Assembly: GCA_964424985.1 (NCBI GenBank)
Contig: CAYRKQ010000004.1
Location: 1 to 52,802 of the forward strand
Length of the DNA stretch: 52,802 nucleotides
Source of the DNA: an uncultured Candidatus Saccharibacteria bacterium
GTDB lineage: Bacteria; Patescibacteriota; Saccharimonadia; Saccharimonadales; UBA7683
Direction: 5' to 3'
The notes below the pieces were generated by a model that did no database searches, was not told where the DNA came from, and saw only the letters and a list, made by a program, of their open reading frames with translations. Shown here piece by piece: positions 1 to 9,893 of the stretch. The position numbers and the translations under genes were made by a program. The first letter of the stretch is position 1; every line of letters begins with the position of its first letter.

Positions 1-1
1 G

Positions 2-928
2 GCTGGGTTATGGCATCGGGGCTGGCTACCGCCGCTCGATCTTTTGTTTGGCAAAGGCACCTACATATTTCCCCGCTTTGTTGGCTCAAGATTACTGTTT
101 AGTAAGTCTGTAGCTCAGATATTTGATCTTTCCTATGAACTGCACCGTGAGTACTCTGACGAGAAGAACGCTGAATTTTTGTCTAAAGGTGTTCGCAGAA
201 CGCTTAAGAAATCTAGCAAAGTTATTACCATTTCTGAAAATTCTAAGCGTGAAATTATCGACTTCTATAAACTAGCGGGCAAAGATGTTGTTGTAGCCTA
301 TCCAGCAACCGATCCGAGCGTCTTTTATAGAAGGAGTCAGTCGGAAATCGATAGAGTTAAGCAAAAATACGGCGTTAGCGGTGATTATATTCTAGCGCTC
401 TCCAACCTAGAGCCCCGTAAAAACCTGTCAGCTCTAGTTGATGCTTACTGCCGGTTACCGAGAAAAATCAGGTCAGATACCTCTTTACTGCTTGTAGGTG
501 TCAGTGGCTGGAAGACCGAAAGGTTATTTGGTGACATCGTAAAGAGAGTTGAGGCCGGTGAAAAAATCATCAGACCATCCCAGTATGTTACCGATGAGGA
601 CAAACCGGCTATAATCTCTGGCGCTAAGATGTTAGTTTATCCTAGTCATTACGAAGGCTTTGGTATGCCGCCCCTCGAAGCCCTGGCCTGCGGAGTTCCA
701 GTCATCACTGCCAATAATTCATCACTGCCCGAAGTAGTTAAAGGTGTGGGTGCCATGGTTGAGAGCAAAGACATCGAGGAGCTACATAAAACTATGCTGG
801 AGTATTTAGATACTATTGACGAGAAAACCAAGCAAGCAGGCATCAATGGTCCAAAACGAGCCCTTGAATTTAGCTGGAAGAAAAGTGCGCAGGTTTTTCT
901 TGATGCGGCAACGGAGATAGAAGAATGA
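2..928 (+). CDS. Glycosyltransferase family 4 (GT-B fold), 5' end cut by window edge
   Basis: The frame is open from nt 2 with no upstream stop, so the TTG at 44 in the ORF track is probably internal. C-terminal GT4 signature PSHYEGFGMPPLEALACGVPVITANNSSLPEV. Confidence 0.8.
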   Translation, partial: AGLWHRGWLPPLDLLFGKGTYIFPRFVGSRLLFSKSVAQIFDLSYELHREYSDEKNAEFLSKGVRRTLKKSSKVITISENSKREIIDFYKLAGKDVVVAYPATDPSVFYRRSQSEIDRVKQKYGVSGDYILALSNLEPRKNLSALVDAYCRLPRKIRSDTSLLLVGVSGWKTERLFGDIVKRVEAGEKIIRPSQYVTDEDKPAIISGAKMLVYPSHYEGFGMPPLEALACGVPVITANNSSLPEVVKGVGAMVESKDIEELHKTMLEYLDTIDEKTKQAGINGPKRALEFSWKKSAQVFLDAATEIEE

Positions 929-2217
929 AAATAGCAATTGACTTGACACCACTCCAAGGGCCACATAGGCTGCGCGGTGTTGGAGCAGTTATAGTACACT
1001 TTATCAATAACTTGTCAGCGCAAGCCAAATCTAAGCATGAGTTTGTTTTTTACTTACATGAAAAAATCGACGAAGACTATGGAGATCCTTTTGACTTACT
1101 CGATCTATCCGACTGTACATATTCTCTAGCAAAACAGAAAACACCCCAGCCTAAAGCCAGAAGACTAGCGTTACCTCACAAAATAGATGTCGCTCTAAAT
1201 ATTATCTCTAGATCACTAAGCAAACTTGCCGTATTTTACTTTGGGGATGACCGCCTTAAAACTGTTGGCGAAGTTGATGTTTTTTTGCAGCTAGACCAAA
1301 TGAAGCCGCTGCCCAAAGGTAAAACCAAAAAGGCCTTAGTACTGTATGATGTTATCCCCTATGTACTCGAAGCTGACTATCTGTGGTCTTATAAAACCGC
1401 CCGGCTTAGGGGCTGCTCTATAAAGGGCTCCGTTTGGAGATCTGTCCAAAGGTGGTTCTATATTTACCGGTTAAAACTAAATACCAGGCGGGCCAATATT
1501 TTGCTGGCTATTTCTCAAAACACTAAAGCTGATTTTGTAAAATACGTAGGTACTAACCCAAATAAAATATTGGTAACGCCTCTTGGTGTTAATGAAGTTA
1601 ACGCATCCGACCAAGAAACAAGTCACTCCCACTACATAGAATCGGGCTGGGGTTATATTGAAAAGCCATACACATTTGATAAGTCTATTCCTTACCTCCT
1701 TTTTGTTGGAGGAGTCGACCCAAGAAGAAGACTAACTGACGTTATTACAGCCTTCAATCGAATAAGAGCTTCTGGTCAGCCACTTAAGCTAGTTTTAGTG
1801 GGAGATATATTGCAAGGGCCAGAAAATATACCTGTCATCGAAACGAGAAACGCTCTTGAGCTTTCTTCATATAAAGAAGATATAGTCTACATGGGCTTTG
1901 TGCCAGAAAGTAAAAAAAATGATCTATATAAAAATGCGCTGGCCTTTGTTTACCCAAGTTTGTATGAAGGCTTTGGGCTACCAGTGCTAGAAGCCATGTC
2001 TTACGGAACACCAACTATAACACGTAACAATTCTTCTATCTTTGAGGTCGCCCAGGACGCCGCCTTCTATGCCAATGATGCTATATCTACCGAAAACTGC
2101 ATAAACCAGCTTCTTTCAACCAAAGATACTCGCAAGATTAACGATACGTCAATAAAGCAGGCTTCGTTTTATAAATGGTCTGCTACTTCCAAGCAAATTA
2201 TTAAAGCACTGTCTTAA
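925..2217 (+). CDS. Glycosyltransferase family 4
   Basis: 430 aa. ATGA start/stop overlap with the upstream GT. C-terminal PSLYEGFGLPVLEAMSYGTPTITRNNSSIFEV motif. Confidence 0.8.
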   Translation: MKIAIDLTPLQGPHRLRGVGAVIVHFINNLSAQAKSKHEFVFYLHEKIDEDYGDPFDLLDLSDCTYSLAKQKTPQPKARRLALPHKIDVALNIISRSLSKLAVFYFGDDRLKTVGEVDVFLQLDQMKPLPKGKTKKALVLYDVIPYVLEADYLWSYKTARLRGCSIKGSVWRSVQRWFYIYRLKLNTRRANILLAISQNTKADFVKYVGTNPNKILVTPLGVNEVNASDQETSHSHYIESGWGYIEKPYTFDKSIPYLLFVGGVDPRRRLTDVITAFNRIRASGQPLKLVLVGDILQGPENIPVIETRNALELSSYKEDIVYMGFVPESKKNDLYKNALAFVYPSLYEGFGLPVLEAMSYGTPTITRNNSSIFEVAQDAAFYANDAISTENCINQLLSTKDTRKINDTSIKQASFYKWSATSKQIIKALS

Positions 2218-2222
2218 ACTTA

Positions 2223-3206
2223 CTAAGCTTCCGGTGGTCTGTGGGCTAAGGGCTGGTTAAATATCATGTGATAATTATTTGGGTTAATAATTTTAGTGAA
2301 AACCTTTAGTTTTGCCTGGTTATATAACGCTTTTATTTTACTTCGCTTTTTTAAGTCGTTAATAAACCAGGTTTGGGCCTTATAGTAAATTATCCTCAGA
2401 GTTTCTCTTGCGTCTGGTTCATTAATTAGTTGAAGCTCATTGAACCATTCTTTATGAGATTTAAAAGTAAGAAACGGCCACCCCTGTTCAATCATTGACT
2501 CTCTGAACCCGTTACCTATATCAATAGTTCTTTGCATTTGCTCAGCTCTACGCGTAAAAGATATTCCATTTTCGTTTTCGCGGTAAAGATAAAGGGACTC
2601 TGGAAGTGTATAATATGTAGTTGCATCCTTAGAAGATGCTGCTACACGAGCCCAGCAAGCATAATCTTCGGCTGCCATATTTTGGCGGAAGCCGCCAGCT
2701 TTTTGGACCACTCTCTTCTTAAACATGGCTGTAGCTCCACTAGGAGCACAACCATAACCTAAAAATAACTTTGTACCATGATCGCCGATTGGCTTAGGAT
2801 CCATATGTTTCTTCTTGCCATTTTTATCAACTAGAGTTAGCTGGCAACTAACTATTGAATATTCGGGGTGTTTAATTAAGAAATTATATTGTTTCTCAAA
2901 TCTCTCAGGCAAAGAAATATCGTCGGCATCCATCCGCACGACAATATTGGTTTTAGTTTCCTTTAACCCCTGGTTCAGAGTTGTGCTGACGCCTTTATTC
3001 CTCCTTGTAATAACACGTATGCGCTGATCTTTTTTGGCATATTTATTAATAATAGCCAAACTACCGTCAGTAGACCCATCGTCAATGATTAAAAATTCAA
3101 ACTCAGCTAGAGTCTGTTTAAGTACACTCTCGATAGCCTGACCTACGTACTTTTCGGCGTTGTACACTGGCATCAGAACTGTAAATAATGGCTTAGTGGT
3201 GTTCAT
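2223..3206 (-). CDS. Glycosyltransferase family 2
   Basis: N-terminal FTVLMPVYNAEKYVGQAIESVLKQT...LIIDDGSTDGS and DxD-like RMDADD, typical of the GT-A fold. Confidence 0.85.
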   Translation of the reverse strand: MNTTKPLFTVLMPVYNAEKYVGQAIESVLKQTLAEFEFLIIDDGSTDGSLAIINKYAKKDQRIRVITRRNKGVSTTLNQGLKETKTNIVVRMDADDISLPERFEKQYNFLIKHPEYSIVSCQLTLVDKNGKKKHMDPKPIGDHGTKLFLGYGCAPSGATAMFKKRVVQKAGGFRQNMAAEDYACWARVAASSKDATTYYTLPESLYLYRENENGISFTRRAEQMQRTIDIGNGFRESMIEQGWPFLTFKSHKEWFNELQLINEPDARETLRIIYYKAQTWFINDLKKRSKIKALYNQAKLKVFTKIINPNNYHMIFNQPLAHRPPEA

Positions 3207-3243
3207 TCTATATCTTTCACTTTATACTTCAGTTATTATTTTA

Positions 3244-4107
3244 CTAAATTTTAATCCAACTTTCGGGCACTATACTAGAAGAGTTTATCGATCCATCTAA
3301 AAACCAAGTCTGTGGTGCAACAACAATCTTTTTTGGATTTTTATTTAACCAGGCGCCCCACCAACTATACGAGCTGTTGGCTATGACATTATGATCACAA
3401 TGGCTCATTAGCCAAATGTCGTCAAAACTTCTTTCAGCATCCTCTACAAACCTAGTAGGATATTTGAACTTTAGATTATTTTTACACCAAGCTTGATCAT
3501 CCGAAAAAACAAATATGCTAAGTTGTCCTCCGACAAGCTTTTCTAGTTTTTCCACGGCTAACTTGTAGTAGTTAGTGCCTTTTGGGCCGTGTGTTTTGCT
3601 GTAAGTATTATGATCTATATAATCAGTACGTCTTACATGCACAGATACGCTATTTTTGGTTTTTTCTATCAAGGACAAATTCTTGCTAACTATCCTTGAG
3701 AGTTTATAGGAAGGTGTAAATTCTTTTAACAAATTCTCTTTTACATCTGTAAAGTATCTTTCATTCTGAAAATCACCATTTATAATAACGTTGTTTGGTA
3801 GGCTCAGGACCTCCTCGTTAAAACCAAAGCTTGGGTTGAAATATGTACTGTACATATCTGGCCCATATAGTACAGGCCACTTAAACCCAGGTTCATAGAT
3901 CTTTCCGTCAATAGGCTTCTCTGTGTATTCTGCCTGTATATTTAACTGGTCAAGCTCGTAGTGACGAACAGTTTCCCCAACAGGTATGTTTTTAAACCAG
4001 CTTCCGTTTAAAATTAGTTTTGTTTTATGTCTCTCTGATAACTGTCTGGCTGCGGCATATCTAAACATTTGATTGCCCAAGCCAGCTGCAAGCAAAGCAA
4101 CTATCAT
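3244..4107 (-). CDS. Alpha-1,2-fucosyltransferase-like glycosyltransferase (GT11)
   Basis: All four GT11 motifs are visible: GLGNQMFRYAAA, HVRRTDY, IFVFSDD, ANSSYSWWGAWL. Confidence 0.85.
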   Translation of the reverse strand: MIVALLAAGLGNQMFRYAAARQLSERHKTKLILNGSWFKNIPVGETVRHYELDQLNIQAEYTEKPIDGKIYEPGFKWPVLYGPDMYSTYFNPSFGFNEEVLSLPNNVIINGDFQNERYFTDVKENLLKEFTPSYKLSRIVSKNLSLIEKTKNSVSVHVRRTDYIDHNTYSKTHGPKGTNYYKLAVEKLEKLVGGQLSIFVFSDDQAWCKNNLKFKYPTRFVEDAERSFDDIWLMSHCDHNVIANSSYSWWGAWLNKNPKKIVVAPQTWFLDGSINSSSIVPESWIKI

Positions 4108-4162
4108 ATTAGTCTCTCCTATGCTGCTTGTTTGGTAAAAAAGATCTGCACATCATTGAAAT

Positions 4163-6409
4163 CTATGTCTCTATATACTCTTTGTCTTTTTTTACCTGCT
4201 CTATGAAGTGCTGCCAGGTATGTCTCTCGTTAACTAAGGCTTGGGCGTTTACCCTATATTTTTCTAAATTACTCGGGTCTTTTATAATATCCTTCAAAGC
4301 ACCTATGTAGGATCCTACCTTATCGAACGGTGACACTAAATAACCTGTTTTCTTATTGACAATAATCTCCCGAAGGCCTCCCGCATCTGACGCTACTATT
4401 ACTAAGCCAGCGGTAATGGCCTCTAGAACTGCGTTTGGTAGACCTTCCCACTGTGAGTTTATTAAGAAAACATCGTATTCGTTTAAATTTAGCGAGTTTA
4501 GGCCATTATCATAAGATCCTTTATAATCAATTGCTTTGCTTCTCTTTAACTTTTTTACAATATCATTACCATCAAGAACTGGGCTGCCGTAAACGTCAAA
4601 CTTAACCGGCAAATCTTGTTTTAATGCTTCATCCGCGATCCTTAGTAGTAGGTCGGGTCTTTTTTGCGCATCCAACCTACCCGCCCATAAAACTCTCAAC
4701 GGTTTTTGATGGGAGAAATCTCGAAGTTTGTTGAATTTAGTTTTTTTGGAGCCAGATTCCATCGGTTGATAGTGGCATGCGAACTTATCTCTAGGAAGTG
4801 CTTGGAGTTTAACAATCTCATCGATCACATTATGATTATCAGTAAAGATCTTTGTTAAGTAATTGACCTTGTCTTGCAGTTGTTCTATAAAGTAATGGAC
4901 TGTCTGTCCATCTGGCGTTCTGTCTAAACAAAAGACTTGGATGTATAGCTTCGAAGCCTTACTTAAGATTTTGGCGTACATCTCGAACATGTTATACCCG
5001 ACCGGTGAATTAACCAGGTGAATTCTTTTCGGTTTTAGCTGAATGCATACGGTCGTAAGCAGCCTTCTTTGATCCGACATAGACATTACATACATTTTTT
5101 TTCCTAAGTTTATAAATTTTACTCTTTTATCTAACCTTTTCGCCCATGGCGATTCACTGTTTTCGGTTGCTATAAGAACAACTTTAGCCAAAGGATTAAT
5201 CTCTAAAATTGCTTTAGTATAATTTATAACTTCTAAATCCGCCCCCCCCTTCTTTAGCCATGGCAGTAGAAACAAATGCGTGCAATCATCACCAATTTGC
5301 TTGGCTAAGTCCCAGTAAATCTGAGTGAACATACTGGGTTTCGGTTCATAGAAATACATGTATCTAGCCCGGGTTTTTGAAAGAAACACTCTATGGTCAA
5401 ATTCATGTAAAGCCCGTATCTCATCTATAAGCCAATCTGGTACTTTTTCTTTTCTTTCGACATCAGGCATACCCGGGGGCCTAAAAAAATGAAGTGTTTC
5501 GTTTTTCAGACTAGGTATGTACGCGGCAATGCGGTGATGTAGAGGTTTGAATGGTGAAAGTAAAATAAACAAGCATCTACTGGCTGTGGTGAGTAGTTTT
5601 AAAAGTACGCGCTTTAAATATTTCTTTTTTAGTTTTTGGGGTGAAGCCTGTAAGCTGTTTGTTATAGCCCTAGGTGAATTTACCGAACCGAAGTAGTCAG
5701 TTCTAGGCATAAGACAGTCAGCCCATGAAGAAAGTCGCGAACCCTGTTGTTTCCGCCTGTAGGCATACATTGTTCTAGGGGCTATGATATGTTCAATGCC
5801 CTTCTGCAAAGTGTCGCAATTCCAGAGCCAATCTTCATACCCAAGTAAATCTTTTGCATTAGTATACCTGTATGGTGTTTTTTTAACTACATCTCTGGTT
5901 GTCATCATCATTGAACAAAAATAATTAACTTCAACGGAACCGGCATGAGAAAAATAATCCGAAGTTGACGAACCCATCTTCCAGAGTAAAGTAAATGCCC
6001 CGAATGAAAATTGATACTGTGGATGGACAATAGTGGCATTTTTACTACTGACGAGACTTTGCCTAGCCTTAATTAACCAATTGCCTGACATGAGGTCATC
6101 CCCATCCATGATGGTAACAAACTCCCCATTTGCTAGGCTAATTCCATGATTCCTCGAAAGACCAACATCTTTATGAGAAACATATTCCACCCTGTATTCA
6201 AAACCAATATCTTTTAAATTGAGCGTGTTTAGGTAGTTCTTGGTTTCTTGATCTATTGTGTCGGCAACAATTATAACTTCGGCTGATAGATTACTTTTCT
6301 TCGCGACCCCAATTGAACGTTTGATACTTCTAAGAGTATGGTGCAGTAAAAGCCCCTCGTTATGTGTGCATATTATTATACTGATATCTGGTCTTTTAAC
6401 TTTAGCCAT
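4163..6409 (-). CDS. Two-domain glycosyltransferase (N-terminal GT2 fused to C-terminal GT4)
   Basis: 748 aa. N-terminus ISIIICTHNEGLLL...MDGDD (GT2). C-terminus NSQWEGLPNAVLEAITAGLVIVASDAGGLREII (GT4). Confidence 0.75.
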   Translation of the reverse strand: MAKVKRPDISIIICTHNEGLLLHHTLRSIKRSIGVAKKSNLSAEVIIVADTIDQETKNYLNTLNLKDIGFEYRVEYVSHKDVGLSRNHGISLANGEFVTIMDGDDLMSGNWLIKARQSLVSSKNATIVHPQYQFSFGAFTLLWKMGSSTSDYFSHAGSVEVNYFCSMMMTTRDVVKKTPYRYTNAKDLLGYEDWLWNCDTLQKGIEHIIAPRTMYAYRRKQQGSRLSSWADCLMPRTDYFGSVNSPRAITNSLQASPQKLKKKYLKRVLLKLLTTASRCLFILLSPFKPLHHRIAAYIPSLKNETLHFFRPPGMPDVERKEKVPDWLIDEIRALHEFDHRVFLSKTRARYMYFYEPKPSMFTQIYWDLAKQIGDDCTHLFLLPWLKKGGADLEVINYTKAILEINPLAKVVLIATENSESPWAKRLDKRVKFINLGKKMYVMSMSDQRRLLTTVCIQLKPKRIHLVNSPVGYNMFEMYAKILSKASKLYIQVFCLDRTPDGQTVHYFIEQLQDKVNYLTKIFTDNHNVIDEIVKLQALPRDKFACHYQPMESGSKKTKFNKLRDFSHQKPLRVLWAGRLDAQKRPDLLLRIADEALKQDLPVKFDVYGSPVLDGNDIVKKLKRSKAIDYKGSYDNGLNSLNLNEYDVFLINSQWEGLPNAVLEAITAGLVIVASDAGGLREIIVNKKTGYLVSPFDKVGSYIGALKDIIKDPSNLEKYRVNAQALVNERHTWQHFIEQVKKDKEYIET

Positions 6410-7377
6410 TACTGTAGTTCTGTCTTGTTTTTACCGACCATGCTTTTTATCCGCTTGCCGATACTTGTTCTTTCTACGACTTTGGCTTCTAGTTCTCGAA
6501 TCTGTTCACCTAGATTGGCTAGCCTATCCTCAAGTTTTAGCAACGAAGAGCCCTCCTGTTCGTTACGATATCTGATTTCGTTAATTATATAGCCGATACC
6601 TAAGCTTCCTTTTTTAAGATCTTCCCTGAGATACTTATTCATTAAGTAGTTTATGTATTTTTTATCCAAGTTGTTACCCGCAAAAACACTGTTACCTTCT
6701 GCACCTGGCATGTAGTTTCTGTGATGATAGTTGGCTAGGGCTACTTCGGTGTCTAAAAAGTCAACATCATAGTTAACAATAAATCTTATGCCAAAATCCC
6801 AGTCGCCGCACACAGTCAGATCTTCGTTATAATAGCCGATTTTTTTGAACACTTCGCGCCTGTATAAGAAGGTTATAGGCGTCATTAAATTTTCGAAGCA
6901 CTGCCTGTATAAACTAATTTCTTTAAGGTCTGGTATCCATCTCTCCTTGCGCACAAAAGTTACTGAGCCATCTGGATGTAAGTCTTCAATTATATTATCG
7001 GTAGTAACAACCACTCCCATCGCACCGCTGTTTTCAAGTTGTTTGGTCGTTTCTAGCAAAAAGTCTGGGTGCCAAGTGTCGTCGTCGTCATGAATTGCTA
7101 TAAAAGTTGAATTAACACTTTTTATTGCTCGGTTAGAGCCGACCTCAACGCCAAGCGAAGTTTCATTGTGCAACAATTTTACACGATTTTTGGTGATATT
7201 TTTGTGTTTTTTTACTAGATTTTCTACCAATTTTTTATCGCCGCCATCATTGATAATAACGTGAACGAAATCTGTCATAGTTTGAGAGTGAACACTTTTT
7301 ATAGCACGATCCAGCAGATTGGTTCTATTTTTTGTACGAGTTATGACAGCTACTTTCGGAAGCTTTAAACCACTCAT
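6409..7377 (-). CDS. Glycosyltransferase family 2 with charged coiled-coil-like C-terminal tail
   Basis: VAVITRTKNRTNLLDRAIKSVHSQT and IHDDDD (DxD). TAATG 1-nt overlap with the downstream fused GT. Confidence 0.75.
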   Translation of the reverse strand: MSGLKLPKVAVITRTKNRTNLLDRAIKSVHSQTMTDFVHVIINDGGDKKLVENLVKKHKNITKNRVKLLHNETSLGVEVGSNRAIKSVNSTFIAIHDDDDTWHPDFLLETTKQLENSGAMGVVVTTDNIIEDLHPDGSVTFVRKERWIPDLKEISLYRQCFENLMTPITFLYRREVFKKIGYYNEDLTVCGDWDFGIRFIVNYDVDFLDTEVALANYHHRNYMPGAEGNSVFAGNNLDKKYINYLMNKYLREDLKKGSLGIGYIINEIRYRNEQEGSSLLKLEDRLANLGEQIRELEAKVVERTSIGKRIKSMVGKNKTELQ

Positions 7378-7378
7378 C

Positions 7379-8116
7379 TTAAAATAACTCCGTATATTTT
7401 TTGCCTATTTTTTGAGCGGTGCCAGATTCAGATATAACCCCATTTTCAATCAGAATTGCCCTATCGCAAAACTCTTCTACGGCATCCATATCGTGACTCA
7501 CGAACACAACTGTTACGTGTTCCTTCTTGAGTCTTCTGAAGTAATCAAAGCACTTCTTCTGAAAATCAGCGTCACCCACAGCTAGCACTTCATCAATTAG
7601 TAGAACATCTGCCTTAGCTCGTACCGCCATCGAAAATGCTAAACGGACCTGCATACCAGAAGAGTAATTTTTTAACTTTTGATCCATGAATTTTTCTATC
7701 TCAGCAAAATCAACAATGTCATCGTACATACTTTCAACTTCCGTGCTAGTAAAACCAAGTAGGGCGCCATTTAAAAAGACATTTTCGCGGCCGGTAAGCT
7801 CCGGGTTAAAACCGACGCCAAGTTCAATGAACGGCACTAATTTGCCCTGAACCGAGATCTTGCCTTCTGTTGGCTGGTAAATGCCGGCTAGCATTTTCAG
7901 CAGCGTGCTTTTGCCGCTGCCGTTTCTGCCGACTATCCCAAAGAATTCGCCTTTCTTGACTTCAAAAGAGACATCCCTGAGCGCATGTTGAACCTCGTAA
8001 CCCTTTTCACTTCTAAAGATATTTACGATCCTGCTTTTTAGCGAGTGGAATCTTTCGTGAGGTAACTTAAAGTTTTTACTGATATGATCGACTTTAATTG
8101 CAATGTGCTCACTCAT
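7379..8116 (-). CDS. ABC transporter ATP-binding protein, polysaccharide/teichoic-acid exporter type (Wzt/TagH-like)
   Basis: Walker A GRNGSGKSTLLK, ABC signature YSSGMQVRLAF, Walker B VLLIDEVLAVGD. Confidence 0.9.
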   Translation of the reverse strand: MSEHIAIKVDHISKNFKLPHERFHSLKSRIVNIFRSEKGYEVQHALRDVSFEVKKGEFFGIVGRNGSGKSTLLKMLAGIYQPTEGKISVQGKLVPFIELGVGFNPELTGRENVFLNGALLGFTSTEVESMYDDIVDFAEIEKFMDQKLKNYSSGMQVRLAFSMAVRAKADVLLIDEVLAVGDADFQKKCFDYFRRLKKEHVTVVFVSHDMDAVEEFCDRAILIENGVISESGTAQKIGKKYTELF

Positions 8117-8940
8117 TAAACGTTCTCCGCAAAATACTTAGATTCTTTTCTGAAGTATCTAAAGCCAAGTATAATAGTTGTTACAACCAGTAAAAAAGGT
8201 AGTAGCCAATACCAGCCACCTTCAAAAACACTGTATGGTGTAGCCGTCTTGTCGGTTATAAGGCCGTATCGAATATCTTGAATTATTTGTGCTAGTGGGT
8301 TTAACATGAATATCTTCGAAAGCGTCACCCCGCCTTTTTCGACTACAAAAGAAAAGGCATATAAAATTGGTGTTGCATAAAAAAGCACCTGAGTAATAAC
8401 CTCCCATATGAAATTAACGTCACGATACTTAACGAAAGCGGCACTCAAAAATAGGGCAATAGCAAAAGAAAAAACAAAGAATTCTACTATAAGAAGGGGT
8501 ATTAATAATGCAAACTTATTTGGATCGGCCCCGGCTATAACCATAAATAAGCCTATCACTATAAAGTTCAGACTCAGGTTAATGAGCGCTGAAATAGAGT
8601 TAGCTAAAATAACTACATAACGCGGGAAGTTTATTTTTCTCATCAAATCACCCTTGCCAACTATCATGGTGACACTGCCAGTGGTTGATTCTATGAAAAA
8701 GTTCCACAGCACTAAGCCAAGCAGCAAGTAGGTGCCGAAATACGGCACATCACCACTAGTATCTAGTATTATGACAAAAATTACATATAGTACACCAAAC
8801 AAAAACAATGGCCTGAGCAGTGACCACAAGTAACCTAGTATTGAATTTTGGTATCTGAGCTTAAAATCGGTGACAACAAGTTGCTTTAGTAGAATGAAGG
8901 TGTAGCGGTAGCGCTGCTTTATCTTTTGTAGTGAATCCAT
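8116..8940 (-). CDS. ABC-2 type exporter permease (Wzm/TagG-like)
   Basis: 274 aa, about six hydrophobic helices. 1-nt overlap with the ATPase gene. Confidence 0.85.
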   Translation of the reverse strand: MDSLQKIKQRYRYTFILLKQLVVTDFKLRYQNSILGYLWSLLRPLFLFGVLYVIFVIILDTSGDVPYFGTYLLLGLVLWNFFIESTTGSVTMIVGKGDLMRKINFPRYVVILANSISALINLSLNFIVIGLFMVIAGADPNKFALLIPLLIVEFFVFSFAIALFLSAAFVKYRDVNFIWEVITQVLFYATPILYAFSFVVEKGGVTLSKIFMLNPLAQIIQDIRYGLITDKTATPYSVFEGGWYWLLPFLLVVTTIILGFRYFRKESKYFAENV

Positions 8941-8963
8941 TTGTACGCTATATTATATCAGAG

Positions 8964-9893
8964 ATGAGTGCACAAAAAATTGTTATAACTGGTGTTAACG
9001 GCTTCGTTGGTAAGCATCTTGTAAACGAACTTTCCGGTAGTGGCTTTGCTGTCGTTGGAGTTGACCGAGCAGATGGCCCAGACCAATCGATTGCTTCGAT
9101 CTTAGATTCTTTTATTTCAGCCGATCTTGCTGAGGGCTGGCCAGAAATTAATGACGTTACGTCAGTGATACACCTCGCTGGGCTGGCTGCCGTAGGACCC
9201 TCATTTGACGACCCACAGTCATACCTAACAATTAATAGCTCAATACTGACCCACATGGCAGAGTTCTACTTAAAATCTGAAACGAAGCCCAGAATTATTG
9301 TAGTAAGTAGTGGTGCAATCTACGATTCCACCAGCCCAATGCCCCTTACCGAGGAGTCACCAGTGGGCCACAATTCACCTTACGCCCTAAGTAAGATACT
9401 CAACGAACTACAGTGTGATTATTACAGGAGCCGTGGACTAGACTGCGTTATCGCTCGGCCCTTCAACCATATCGGCCCTGGTCAGAAAGCTGGTTTTTTA
9501 GTGCCAGATTTATACGAACAACTTCTGAAAGCAAAGAGCACTGGTGAAGATCTAAAAGTTGGGAATCTGCAAACACAAAGGGACTACACAGATGTACGTG
9601 ATGTTGTGAGAGCCTACAGACTTTTAGCCACGACTGAAAAACTAGACCATTCCCTCTATAACATCTGCTCAAGTACAAGTGTGGCTGGTGAGGAAATACT
9701 AAAGCTGCTTCAAAAAACTACGGCTACTAAAGATGTCGCAGTTGTTGCCGATCCTTCAAAAATAAGACCTAATGACGCGCAAAATATCGTCGGTGACAAC
9801 TCGCTCATTAAAAATGATACCGGCTGGCAGCCAGAAATTGCTTTAGAACAAACCATTGCCGACTTTGTTGAAGATTCTAAGCTTCAAGCTTAA
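8964..9893 (+). CDS. rmd: GDP-4-dehydro-6-deoxy-D-mannose reductase (SDR family, Rmd-like)
   Basis: Rossmann motif GVNGFVGKHL and catalytic YALSK. Blocks ARPFNHIGPGQK and TGWQPEI match my memory of Pseudomonas Rmd. ATG 8964 is preferred over GTG 8931, which overlaps the divergent permease start. Confidence 0.75.
   Translation: MSAQKIVITGVNGFVGKHLVNELSGSGFAVVGVDRADGPDQSIASILDSFISADLAEGWPEINDVTSVIHLAGLAAVGPSFDDPQSYLTINSSILTHMAEFYLKSETKPRIIVVSSGAIYDSTSPMPLTEESPVGHNSPYALSKILNELQCDYYRSRGLDCVIARPFNHIGPGQKAGFLVPDLYEQLLKAKSTGEDLKVGNLQTQRDYTDVRDVVRAYRLLATTEKLDHSLYNICSSTSVAGEEILKLLQKTTATKDVAVVADPSKIRPNDAQNIVGDNSLIKNDTGWQPEIALEQTIADFVEDSKLQA

Noticed and set aside
8931-8963. GTG start at 8931 for the rmd-like gene, as listed in the ORF track.
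   Set aside because: It overlaps the divergent permease start codon and adds 11 non-conserved residues. The ATG at 8964 directly precedes the Rossmann motif.
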